Shown piece by piece: positions 1 to 12,093 of a stretch of DNA of 64,000 nucleotides (positions within the stretch are counted from its first letter, which is position 1; each line of letters opens with the position of its first letter). The notes beneath the pieces are model-generated. The model made no database searches. It saw only the letters and a program-made list of their open reading frames with translations, and had not been told where the DNA came from. Source of the stretch: Lytechinus pictus (Eukaryota); contig NC_087247.1 in NCBI RefSeq assembly GCF_037042905.1, forward strand, positions 51,460,001-51,524,000, given 5' to 3'. Both the position numbers and the translations under genes were made by a program.

Positions 1-33
1 CCGCCGTCGGAAAAGCGGCGCCTAGCAGTCTCG
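1..33 (-). mobile_element. Terminal fragment of the Helentron-associated (HINE-like) element family
   Basis: CCGCCGTCGGAAAAGCGGCGCCTA is identical to the terminus at about 19965-19990 and, reverse-complemented, about 63020-63045. Confidence 0.7.
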
Positions 34-1866
34 TGGTTGTGGGGGGGGGGGGTGATACACGACTTAATGGGAGAGACGCGTTTATTGTCATTAAATTGGC
101 GTCATTTAAAAGTGGAGTATAAGCTGTATTATGGTTGATAGAAGCTTATTACGCTCTTCAATTAGCGACTCTGCGCTCGAGGATAGCTGAGGAGTAAAAG
201 AAGCGGCACATATTTCATTCGACTTTATGGGATTGTTGTATTGTTAGTATCAAACTGTTTTTCAAAGGACCATACCATTTTGTTCACTGTAACCACCCTG
301 CCTATGATTAATCTAAATGTCGAACTATGCAGTACACAAAACACACTTATAAATCTTCAAAATACCACTTTTGTAACCAAGAATACTTATTTCCATATAG
401 TTGTGATCTATTTTTCATGAGTAACTTAAGGATCGTCACCATAGCGCTCAAAAACTTTAACTTTCAGCATTTTTGTGCAGGCCCTCTGTAGGTGGAAAGT
501 AAAATTGCTTCAGAATCGTTAAAAACAATCTACAGTTTTATTTAGAAAAAAATAACACGAATTTAAGTTACATCAGAGCCAATTTATTGTTCTAATGGAA
601 ACTGACAGTGTCTAAAGTCAAGCATTTGTCCCGCAAATCATGAGAAAATAAACCAAACATTGCCAACCTTATTTCACCACACATGGAATCCTAACAGGGG
701 GCAAGGTTGTATCATAATTACCTTGTTCATTGAATGAGTCAACCATACATTTGATTTTGGTGCCATCTTACAGTAAAATGTAATAGGTATAACAATACAC
801 CTCTATACCCTTAGACTTTGATGAAATGAAAGTTAAACGGACAAAGGGATATTTTTCATAAGACGTGAAAGGTTCACCTTACCTCGCTTTTAATGCCACT
901 TTTGTAGTTCTAATTAAATTTCATTTCAGAAACAGTAGGCCTCTACTTTTGCATGGATTATAGGCTAAATATTTTTAAGGTTATGATCATCTTTATGCCA
1001 AAAAAAGCGTTATCATTAGATTGGGGTGACGTAACACAATTAGGCTTAGTTCACATAGAAGTATACGGTATACGTAAATAGCTATTCGCTATTCACTATA
1101 CGCTATACGGGCATGGCGGGTCACATAGAGTAGCACGCATCTCCTATACTTAAATATAAATTTGGCGCCGTCTGAATGGATACCTCAGATGAAGAATTTT
1201 TTACTCTTCTCCTCTCATTTGAAATAGGGGGAATAAATGATATCATTAATTATCTATTTGAAATCGTTTCTGTATTTTGTGTGTGTTTATTCATCTGGAT
1301 TTATATGTATGACAATAAATATCTATTTCTACCTCAAGTAAATTTCTGCTAAAATAAAAAGAAAAGAAAACACCCTCATTTATGCATGATTTGTAGATAT
1401 CCGAAAATAAATATGTTTTAGAATAACTAGAATTAGATATATCACCTCTACAAATCAGCAAACTTCTGTTTAATACAATTATATGAAAAAAATGAGGAGC
1501 CTATATAAATCACGTAAATATATATATATATATAAATATATAAATATATAAATATAAATATATAAAAGAGTTGCCAAAGCTGTGTACATGTATAACTTTA
1601 CACATTTATATATAAATATATATATAGGAGATATTGTTCTTTCAGTAAAAAAAAATATGGGGGGCATTTGACATCGCAATCCCGAATTGCTTTCAGATAA
1701 CTTAACTATATGACATGTATTATAAAATTGCAATAAAATGAGAACCAAGAAATAATTTTATTTGTACTTTACCTTATTTCACCTTAGCACAAAATCTGCC
1801 ACATCTAAACTGGACGCTATACGCTGCATGAAAATCGAACAAGTTCGATTCAACTATACTATATAC

Positions 1867-3290
1867 CATAGGCGGATCCGAGGGGCCCGCCATAATAATT
1901 TTCCCTTTTTCAGAATGGAATATCGAATGGAATTAGTTTTATCTCTTAGGAAGAGGAATAGAAAGATAGTCATTATTTTCATATGATGACAAAATGTCAT
2001 TAGAATGTCCCGGTCCTATATGTCAAAACTCAGAGTAAAAAATATCAGCTGTTTATTAAGTGTGATACATATCAACCTCACAATTTTCCTACAAAGTGCT
2101 TGAAATATAGAGCTTATCAATTAAAGGGATGGTCCAGGTTGAAAATATTTATATCTCATTAAATAGGGTAAAATTCGCAAAGCAAAATGTTGAAAATGTG
2201 ATCAAAATCGGGTAACAAATAAGAAAGTTATTGAATTTTTAAAGATTTGCATTATTCCGATGAAACAGTTCTAGGCACGTCTTTATGAATATTCATTTGG
2301 TGGACTGATGTCATATCCCCACTTGTTCTTTTGTATTTTATTATATGAAATTAAGTTTATTCAAGTTTTTTCTACAAAGAGCTAAAACAATTGGATTGAC
2401 AACTGATTAAGTGCATTAGTTTTTTATTGTCGCAACTTATGGAGACACATCATTTGCACATGCATGAAAAATGAAACATTCATGACATCATGCAATAACA
2501 CAAGAAAAAGAAATTCAAAGTGTGGGGATGTGACATCATCTGCCCACCTAATGAATATTCATGACGATCTTTAAAATTCAATAACTTCGTTATTTGTTAT
2601 CCGATTTTGATGATATTTTCAGCATTTTGCTCTGTGTATTTTACTCTATTTATAGATATTAATATTTTTAGCCCGGACCATCCCTTTAACCCTTTTTTTT
2701 CAGATCAGAATATTAAATAGTTTAAGCTCGCGCTTCATGATAAAAATCTATAAGAATGCCCAGATTCTAGGACAAAAAATCTGAAACATGCGCGTGCATG
2801 TTTATTCAGATACGCAGCTTGTTCTCCATTTAAATCATTATCCAGTTTCAGATCAGAATATCAAAAATTTTGTGCTCGCGCTTTAAGCTCGCATTATTAA
2901 TGTAGGAAGATCCCTAATTACTTATCCTTTTCAAGATTTACAAAACACCAATTGAGTGTCCCATTTTTAGGTCTAAATCTCGAGTTTTTCCAATTGTTTA
3001 GTTAAATACCTGTCCTGTTTATGATTACAAAAAGTGCTTAGAATTTCCATTTTTTAGGTAATGTCAAAAATGTCAGCTCGCACTTGCATCAACTGTTTAC
3101 GTAACTTCCTGTTCATGATTACAAAAAGTGCGCTCGCGATAATTTAGTTGCCTACATATCTTGTTCAGGATCACAAACATTGCTCACAATGTTCAAATTT
3201 TAGGACAAACAATTTTTTTTTAAATTAAATAGCTCGCGCTTCGCGCTCGCACTATTTGAATAAGGCTAATGAGATTGTTATACATCTATG
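1867..3290 (+). mobile_element. Deleted copy of the hAT-like GGCGGATCC / CGCGCTTCGCGCTCGC family
   Basis: Starts CATAGGCGGATCC; body colinear with 57770-59260 and 7725-8640; right end missing. Confidence 0.7.
2125..2685. mobile_element. Kolobok-like MITE (TTAA TSD, AGGG termini)
   Basis: TTAA|AGGGATGGTCC...GGACCATCCCT|TTAA with long imperfect internal inverted repeats; absent from the paralogous host copy at about 57945. Confidence 0.8.
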
Positions 3291-5325
3291 TTGATACTAT
3301 ACGCAGCTATACGGCGTTCCCGAATATTCCCCTCTAATGTTAACCGGTATGTGGTCATCCATGTACGATTCAAGCTATTCGCGTGACCTTCGAAAACGTG
3401 CATCTTATACCGAATAGTACACTTCTATGTGAACTCAGCCTTAGGCCAATTTAAAACGCTTGGTCATCAATGAAATATTATGTCATACGTACACTTCATT
3501 AGTCAAAGGATAGGTATCCATCTTCATGCATGGTATGATTGTTTTATTAGAACTTACGGGTTTAGATAAATCATGTTGAACTTGCGTCTTCAATCATTTC
3601 AAGGTCAAAAAGAGAAAGAAAAATGACGAACCCACATAAATCACTCAAACTGGATGGTGTAGGCCTATGCTGCACGAAAATCGTACAAGGGTGATTCCAT
3701 TATATTATACTATACGTAGCTATACGGCATTTTGGGCCTATCGTCATGAACCGGTATTTAATCATAATTTCGATTAAATCTATACGCGTGCCCCCGAAAA
3801 CGTGCATCATTTCCCGGAATCGGATATTCAAAAAAAAAATTAAAAGGCTTATACTACTATGTGAACTCAGATACTTAAAGCAACGCGTCGGTTTCACACA
3901 TTATTTGCAATTAAGAGTCTGATTAAAACATAATCAAGATTACAAAAAATCATCATCATACATGTAAATAATATCAAATTCTGAGTCATTATCTATAGGA
4001 AATGCATATATAGTAACATAAATTAACATGTATTTTTGTATAACTGATAACATGAAATGAATAAAATGTTAGTTATCAGAACGGAAAAATATAGATATAA
4101 ACTACAAATCATATTATCTATTCACTGTTTAAAACAACAGTGAAATGAAAGTAATGATTCAATTTGGGGGCACTACAGGAATAGAAATTTGGGTAAGAAA
4201 AAAGTATAAAGTAATTCATCATTATGTACAGCGTGAAGACATTGACTACTTAATTAACACACACACACTCACACACACACAAAACAAGTTCAAAGTGGCG
4301 CCACATTGTTGTGCCATGATGCAGAATACAAGTTCGGAGTGCCGGAATGGGATGATGATAGAATAACATAATAGGAATAGTATAATGATATGGGATGTTT
4401 AGTATATCATGATAGGCCTGCCTATAATATCAATAGTCGTACTATAATTAACCCATTACTTAACTACGAAATAAAAAGTGGTCACTTACCAATAGCTTGA
4501 CATAAATGTGAAGTTTTTTGTTAAGTGGGTCGTATTTATACGAAATCATGACCGGACCCCTACTATTGAACGTGACCACTGGACTTTAGAAATTCAATTG
4601 ATTAAAGGGCAGTCTTAATATCAAGCAGCTTAAACTCCTATTATAACTTTGCTTGTCCTAAAGTTCGCGGTAAGACTTCTTTTCATGGTATTGTCCATGC
4701 ACGGTCTAGTCTTATACCTAGATGCCTTCGGGGTACCTTTGGTAGAACTATTAATTTGTTATAAAAATACAGCATTTCCTATAATTACTGTTATTTATTA
4801 TTATAGCTATCATTGTTATTTCTTATATAAATATACTAAGTATAGATGCAATGACATGAATTCATGACAGAGTGGTGGAATTCCAATGAATAAAGTTATC
4901 ATCATGCAGTTCTCTCCGACAATTAACTATCTACATGAGATTGAACATTTAGACTATGCATTTTGTAAACAGGGCGACGAAGGTACATCTTCAGTGGGTG
5001 CAGCAAAGGCGTATCCAGGGGGTAAGGGGGAGGGGGTAGAACAATTCAACGTAAAGGCGAACTATCAAACAAATAGATTTACGCCAATATATTAAACCAA
5101 GACTTTTGGAGTCTCGATTCAAATCTTCTTTTTCCATTTCACTTTCTCTTTTTTTCAAATTCAAATCATTTTTACTACTAAAAAATTATGGGCGCCCTAT
5201 GCTCCCTAGCTGTTGTTCCGTCCGTCTCTGCTGGGAGTTTTCATTCTTTGTAGAATTGAATTGTCTTCCCATGATAGGAAAGAATAACTACCAGTCTTTT
5301 AATGTTTAAAGGCCTATATACCACA

Positions 5326-5439
5326 CAGTGGCGGACCGTGACCCGGAGGAGACAAAGCATTGGAGGGGCACAGCATTGTTCACAAACAATACAGTGCCCC
5401 TCCAATGCTTTGTCTCCTCCGGGTCACGATCCGCCACTG
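5326..5439. mobile_element. 114-bp hairpin hAT-like MITE
   Basis: Arms of about 55 bp with 3 mismatches, CAGTGGCGG termini, perfect 8-bp TSD ATACCACA. Confidence 0.9.
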
Positions 5440-5473
5440 ATACCACATATAACAGCGAAAGAATTCCATGGAG

Positions 5474-6460
5474 CAGTGGCGGCACCGGGAATTTAAAAAT
5501 AGGAGGGTCAGTGCCAAGGCAACATATATATATATTTTTTTTTTTGGGGGGGGGGGGCAGGGAACCAACTTTTTATATTCCGACCGGGTAACTGGACATT
5601 TTAAGCTTCATTGTAATAATGAAAAGGATAAGTCTCTCATTGAACATTAAATTAGTGCGCGAAGGGCTAGCTAAAAGCATTTGTAATTCCGAATCGAAAA
5701 GCTTCGCAGTTGAGGCACATTTTTATAATGAACAAGATCTTTGAAGCAAATATTGCATGCGCAAAGCGCTAACTGATTTCTTTTATTTGGACCTAAAATA
5801 GGGCATTCTATTCACATTTTATTTTGATGAAAATGATGGGTATCTTCCTACTCAACTAATGCAAGCGCGAAGAGCGAGGTGATTTTTTTTTTAGTACTCT
5901 GAGCTGATAACTGGATAACTGAACTGAAAATTCTGAGCACTTTTTGTACACATTAACCATGTTAACAGAAAAGTTCCTATGTGATATGAGTGGTTACTTT
6001 TTATATTCCGACCTGATAAACTGGCAAATCAGATCGAGCACGTTTCTAATAAAGTAAAAATATGCGTCATATAAAACTATTGATTTTTTTCTATTTAGAC
6101 CTAAAAACTGAACACTCTGTCCACAATTTGTAATCATTAGATATGATGGGTACCTTTCTTCTTAAATGATACGAGTGCGAAGCACGAACTTACAATTTTC
6201 AATAATTTGACCTGATAAAAGCATTTTGTGTTATAATGAACAGAATAAGAATCTAACTTATCAATTGATGCAAGTGAAAATCTTTGATATTCCCACCAGA
6301 AAAACTTTGCAGTTTGCGCACATTTTTATAACAAGATATTTCAGGTAATTATTGTATGCGCAAAGCGCGAGCTAATTACTATTTGGGCATTCTATTCACA
6401 TTTTATGATGATGAAAATGATGGGTATCATCCTAAATAAGATAACGCAAGCGCGAGGTGA
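5474..6460. mobile_element. Degenerate hAT-like element with GCGAGCGCGAAGCGCGAGC-type subrepeats
   Basis: Starts CAGTGGCGGC and contains decayed copies of the subrepeat seen intact in 24013-25193. Confidence 0.5.
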
Positions 6461-6469
6461 TGATATTTT

Positions 6470-6715
6470 GCTGCTTTCACACCAAGGTACGATCGCAGAG
6501 ACCGTACCCAGCGACCGATGAAATCATGATGTGAAAGCACATCGTACTCGACGACCGATCGAAATGCCTTATTCATCCTTGGTCAGAATCGATCGGTAGC
6601 CGAGTACGGTCGAAGAGGTACTTCAGCGACCGATCGCGACCGATGCAAGCTTAAATATAAAAGCACATCGTATTCAGCGACCGATCGAGATGCCCTGTTC
6701 ATCCTTTTTTGACAC
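6470..6715. repeat. GC-rich CGACCGATCG motif cluster, likely a Harbinger-type MITE remnant
   Basis: GCTTTCACA...TGTGAAAGC inverted pair and several GCGACCGAT(CG) copies. Confidence 0.45.
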
Positions 6716-6860
6716 AGCGGACCATTTTTTTCTACCTCCATGAGCGGACAAAGCCGTTTGTTCTGCACGTTGTGGACGGGATTGTATTGCCTTTTCCGGT
6801 GTTTTAGCATCGCAAAAAATAAAATCCTACATCATTTTTACAAGGCTAATAGCCCTTCTC

Positions 6861-9030
6861 CATAGGCGGATCAACGGGGCCCCCTATTGGCAGAGCAACA
6901 AAATGAAAAAAAGGGAAAGAAAGAAAAAAAAGAAAAAGAAGGGGAAAGAAAGGAGGAAAAAAGAAGAGAAAAAATGAGAGGAGGGAAAAGAGTGAATAAA
7001 ATATGGTCAGGGGAAGACTTATAAGATAATTTTCAAAAATACTTCATGTCACTATATTGAATTTTCGCTCGCGCTTCGCGCTCGCATTGCCTGTTTGATG
7101 AGATACAAATCCTACTCAATAGGCTGATATGTAGCTTAAAATGTCAAGTTTTGAAGTCAATATACAAAACATATTTCAGCTCGGACATCGAGCTTTCATT
7201 AATTTGTTTGATTTACCTATAGATTTTTTCGTGCTCTGTTTTATGGTGTGAATATCAACATTTTCATGCTTGCGCTGCGCGCTCGCATTGTTTGATTTGC
7301 CAAGTAGGTCTACCTATTGTCTTTGTGTATTCCATAAGATTATCAAAATATCCCTTTTCAGGTGTGATTGACAAAAACAAAGGCCAATCTGCTAGCGCTG
7401 CGCGCTCGCATTTTGATTGGTGAGTTATGCATACCTCTATATTAATTCTATTACAAACTACTTAAAACCACCATTTTATGACAGTGTATCAAAAATTTCG
7501 GCTCGCGATTTGCGCTCGCATTAATTGTAAAAATATATCAATCCATGAATCCTATTCATAAATACAAAAGTGCTTAAAATATTCAGTTTTCATGCCTCGA
7601 CGTTAACAAATTTCACGCACTTATCAGGCTTATTAGATTAATAAATATGATAACAATTTTTTTATGAATTCCTAATATCTAAATTCCCTTTTTCAGAAAA
7701 TATCGACAAGTTTCATACCGCGCTTAGGAAGAGGAATAGGAAGATAGTCATCATTTTCATATGATGACAAAATGTCCATAGGCCTAGAATATCCCGGTCC
7801 GAGATCCAAATGATAATTAAAATATCATCTCGCGCTTCGCGCTCGCATCATTTATTACGTGCTTTCCACATCTACTTCACAATTTACCTTATACACAGTG
7901 CTTTAAACTGTGCTTAAATTGACCCTTTTCGTACCGGAATATCATTTCATTTCATTTATTATATTTCAACACGGTAAACGAACTTCAGCCAATGGCTGTT
8001 CTTCTGAACGTCGTGTGTACATATTAAAATCACATTACATGTATACAATTACTCTGTCTAACTTGAAATCACGCGCACGCATGTTTATTGAGATACGCAT
8101 CTTCATCTTCATTCAAAACGTGCTAAAATTATCCAGTTTTAAATCAGAATATCAAAAATTTAGTGGTCGCGCTTTGCGCTTGCATTATCAATATAGGAAG
8201 ATACCAAATTACCCATCCTTTTTCATGATTTACAAAACATAAATAGAGTGTCCCGTTTTTAGGTCAGAAATATCATTTTTTCCGCTCGCGCTTCGTGCTC
8301 GCATCAATTGTTTGGTTAAATACCTATACCGTTAATGATTACAAAAAGTGCTGTCAATTTTTAAGGTCGGAATGTCAAAAATGTTCAGCTCGCGCTTAGC
8401 GCTCGCAAAATATTATCGTTGTAATATGTAGGGTCTTAATGACTAACTGTAAAACCGTAACGTCCTTAACAAGTCCCTTTTCGATCAGGCTAGAACGCAT
8501 ATTAAATAATTCTAGAATCTAGAATGTCAAAATGTTCAATTTTCAGGACAAAATACATGAAATTAAAAAAAGATTAGCTCGCGCTTCGCGTTTGCACTAT
8601 TCAAATAGGGCTTATGAGATTATTACACATTTATGTTGTTTTATAAGAATAAAGCTAAGAAATGACTGTTGTAGGGCATGAGCGGTTTGCCCCCCCCCCC
8701 TCATTTTTCACGCGACCAAGAAAAAAAGAAGAAAAGGAAAGTGATAAGGGTGAAATATATTATTTTCTAAATGTTATGTCAAAATCTATCACAAACTTGG
8801 ATTTTTGTAATAAAAATGTCAAAATTTTTGCTTGCTCGCTTCGCTCGCAGCTTTTTATCAATTTCACGCGATACGCTATATCGAGCTCCCTCAAAATTTT
8901 GGCTCATTACACCACTGGGACAACTCCTTCACAGAAACAAACAAAAATCAACTTAGAGTGGCCGATCGGGGAAAATATGGGTGAAAAAAAATTGCCACCC
9001 CCCTATTGGCGGAAGCTAGATCCGCCCCGG
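6861..9030 (+). mobile_element. About 2.2-kb non-autonomous hAT-like element (GGCGGATC termini, CGCGCTTCGCGCTCGC subrepeats)
   Basis: CATAGGCGGATC...GATCCGCCCC termini; colinear with 56997-59414; no clear TSD. Confidence 0.8.
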
Positions 9031-9514
9031 CCTGCACCAGAAACGGAAGGAGCAGGGACATTTGTTCCCCTCCAATCAGTCAAAGTCAAGAGGAGAAAAA
9101 ATATAGAGAGAATACGTATATAGGGGGAATTGCCTTCCCCGGGTCCCTGGCAAATGGAAACAAAAATACAACTACATAGGTGAAAAAAAAACTATTACGT
9201 GCTCAAAAACGCCAACTTTCAGCATGAAAAACCCACCCATTTTCTCAATGGTCGCTCCATTTTCTCAATGGTCGCTTCATTCCCTGGTATATATTGACCA
9301 AGATAAAACACTGTCTTCAATCTTCCATGAGCATCATGACAAAGGAAATTGGAGGGGGTTTGTCAAAATCAGTTGGGCCCCTCCCATGTAAATATTGGAG
9401 CAATGTGATCAACCTAATACCATTTTAAAAAAGAGATAAATTTCAACAAGCGTGCCGAAAGCGGAGGGCCAGGGCGGTCACCCACACCCAACCTCAAAAG
9501 GGTAGGCAGAGTTC

Positions 9515-9599
9515 AGGCCCGTTTACACAGCATCCGGCACGGCGACCGTGCCGGAATGCCGTGCACGGTCGCCGTGCCGGATGCAGTGTAAACGGCCCT
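9515..9599. mobile_element. 85-bp GC-rich hairpin MITE (Harbinger-like)
   Basis: CCGTTTACACAGCATCCGGCACGGCGACCGTGC pairs with GCACGGTCGCCGTGCCGGATGCAGTGTAAACGG. Confidence 0.75.
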
Positions 9600-10629
9600 T
9601 TAGACGATGTTATTACGTGCTACAAATCCTTTAATTTCAATAACAAAGATAAAGAGCATCAGAGTAAAGGAGCTTCAAGAAATTGGGAAAGGAGTAGGGA
9701 GTACAACCCCGATTGCCACAAAAATTGTAACAAAGCACCCCCCCCCCCCATTCGTAATTGCTTCAAGCGCGCCTGATGTGACAGATGCTAGAAATATTGA
9801 ACGAGGAATTGAAGTTACAAGAATCTGATTATGGGATCAATTTCTATTAAGGGCAAACCAGCATTCATTAATCTCGAAGATTAAGAAGTCCATCATAATC
9901 CCTCCTTGGAATACCTACCTCATCCCCGTCCTCCACTCCCCCTTTTCTTTCCCTCTCTCCCTTCTCTATTTCTTCCTTTTCCCTCTTTTTCTTTCATCTC
10001 CCCCCCCCCCCCCCGTCTCTAGTGAGTAAACCTCTACCTCTCTCCCTTTAGGGGAAACGCAGTTATTCATGAAAAATAACACCTCCTTCTCCCCTCCCTC
10101 CCTTCTGTTCTATTGTTCTCTCTCCTCTTCCCCCCCCCCCCCCCACTCTCCCCCGCCTCTCTCTCTCCCTCTCTTTCTCTCTCTCTCTCACACACACACA
10201 ATTTTTGTCTCTTTCTCTCCAACCTCCTCTCTCCCTTTAGGGGAAATACAATAATAATTTATCAGAAATAACATCACATCATACTTGTTACAATACTTGA
10301 AGGAGGCCATATATCATAAATTATTCTTTAAGAAAGTACAAGTAATCAAAATCTGGTAGGATTTGTGTTGTCAATTATGTTAACTTCACCAGTTAACATA
10401 TCAACTAAGTCTATATCCAATTTCACATTACTATAGACAAAACAAAGACGCTTTGTATATTCAATATTGTCTTTATTACTCTAAGACTAGCATCTTTTTA
10501 TACACCAATGCACCACATGGACATCAATATTTACTTATCAGATGTTCACAAAATGTTGCATTGAAACAAAATGACCAAATGGCATAGTCACACTGCTGAA
10601 TCAACTCTTTATGAAATCGTTTATAGGGA

Positions 10630-10872
10630 TAATTGATTGCCCGTATTTTCAAGTTTCATGAACTAGATCCATAAAATTTCAAAGTTATGATCACAATTCC
10701 ATAAATATCTCCAACATGGCCAAGTTCATTGACCCTAAGTGAACTTTTACCTTGGTCATGTGACCTGAAACTCAAATAAGATGTTCAGTAATACTTGATT
10801 ACCCTTATGTTCAAGTTTCATAAACTAGGTCCATATACTTTCTTAGTTATGATGACATTTCAAAAACTTAAT
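10630..10872 (-). repeat. Internal fragment of the HINE-like tandem unit
   Basis: Colinear with about 19510-19740 (CAAGTTTCATGAACTAG...GGTCATGTGACCTGAAACT...CAAAAACTTAA). Confidence 0.75.
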
Positions 10873-12093
10873 TCTCATACTGAAAGATAATAATTTTCAG
10901 ATATTTTTCTTGTATTTGGAAATCATGGTATAGAAATATTTGTTACAGTATCCTTCCAACCAAATTAAGGTAAATTTGTTAAAAAGTACATTCCATTGTA
11001 ATCTAAGACAGTTGTTGATTAATGAACAGTAATAAAATTAAACTTATCACAGATTTAATTCAGCATTATCATTAAAATGGGTACCAATTGATTGCAGTGG
11101 AGAAAAAAGAAGGGATACACATATGACAGAGAATTGAACTCGAAGATCAATGTTACAATTGCATTTTAAAACATCAAAATATTCAAAAATAACTTATGCA
11201 TTATGGCGAAATATTTGGGTCATAGACGACTGGTACCAACATGATATCACACAATCACGGTCAACCATGACCTGATCTCATATGATATGTTATAATGAAT
11301 TGATTTTTATTGCAATTTCTGTAGATAATGACAGGAAGTAATGCATGGGTGGAGTCAGGGAACATCGCCCCATGGATTTTGTGTTTCAGGGGTATGAGTT
11401 TGAAGAAACAGAATATTTAAGAACATTCCTTTTTTTCCAAGAAATTAGATTCACCTTCTTTTCACATTTTAAATAAACCTGTTTTTCTGTAAAAAAAAAA
11501 TCGATTCAAGAGAATTTATATAAGGAACACCTCTATTCAAAGAAAAGAGGGCAGTGAAGAATATGATCTAATTTCTTTGTGCAGAAACTGAAACAAGCCA
11601 AATGTGTATGGTGCTACCCAAAAAAAAAACTCTCCACAAGCACAGTCCATATCCAAATGACATTATTCCATGTAAATTTGCCCACATTTCTTGGATCAAA
11701 TTATGAACTTCTCAACTTAAGAGAAATTTTAAATAGAGATGTATCATGCAAGTGTTGCATGACTTGTTTTAATAATTAAGCAAGTTATGAAAGTTACTGT
11801 ATAAATATTACTTATAAAAGCATTATCTTCATTTTTTTAAATTAACACCACCAGTAATCACTCTATGGGAATAAAATAGCATTACAATTACACGTGCTCT
11901 GAGGTGACTACAGCAACCATCCCACTTGATAAAACAAATCAAATTAATGTAGCTACATCAAAATGGACTTCACAGGCAGGAATGGTGTGTTTTCTCCAGA
12001 TACAAATGCTTCATTGCATTTCCAGAACTACAATTGTCTCTTTGCAGTATATTCTCTTTAGAGTCTTTAAACAATCAAGATTTAAGCGTTCTC

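Larger units (their letters stand above)
1043..3440. mobile_element. PIF/Harbinger-like non-autonomous element carrying two nested insertions
   Basis: TIRs GGCTTAGTTCACATAGAAGT and ACTTCTATGTGAACTCAGCC, with a 3-bp TTA on both sides. Confidence 0.75.

Noticed and set aside
719-767. Apparent minus-strand exon MAPKSNVWLTHSMNK with a GT donor
   Set aside because: The same CCTTGTTCATTGAAT sequence recurs at about 16759 in a LAMTOR5 intron, so it is probably repeat-derived, and no homology is recognisable.
9920-10240. Polypyrimidine and poly-C tract as a special triplex or G4 element
   Set aside because: Poly-C/G and CT tracts occur throughout the window, mostly inside MITEs; nothing here is locus-specific.
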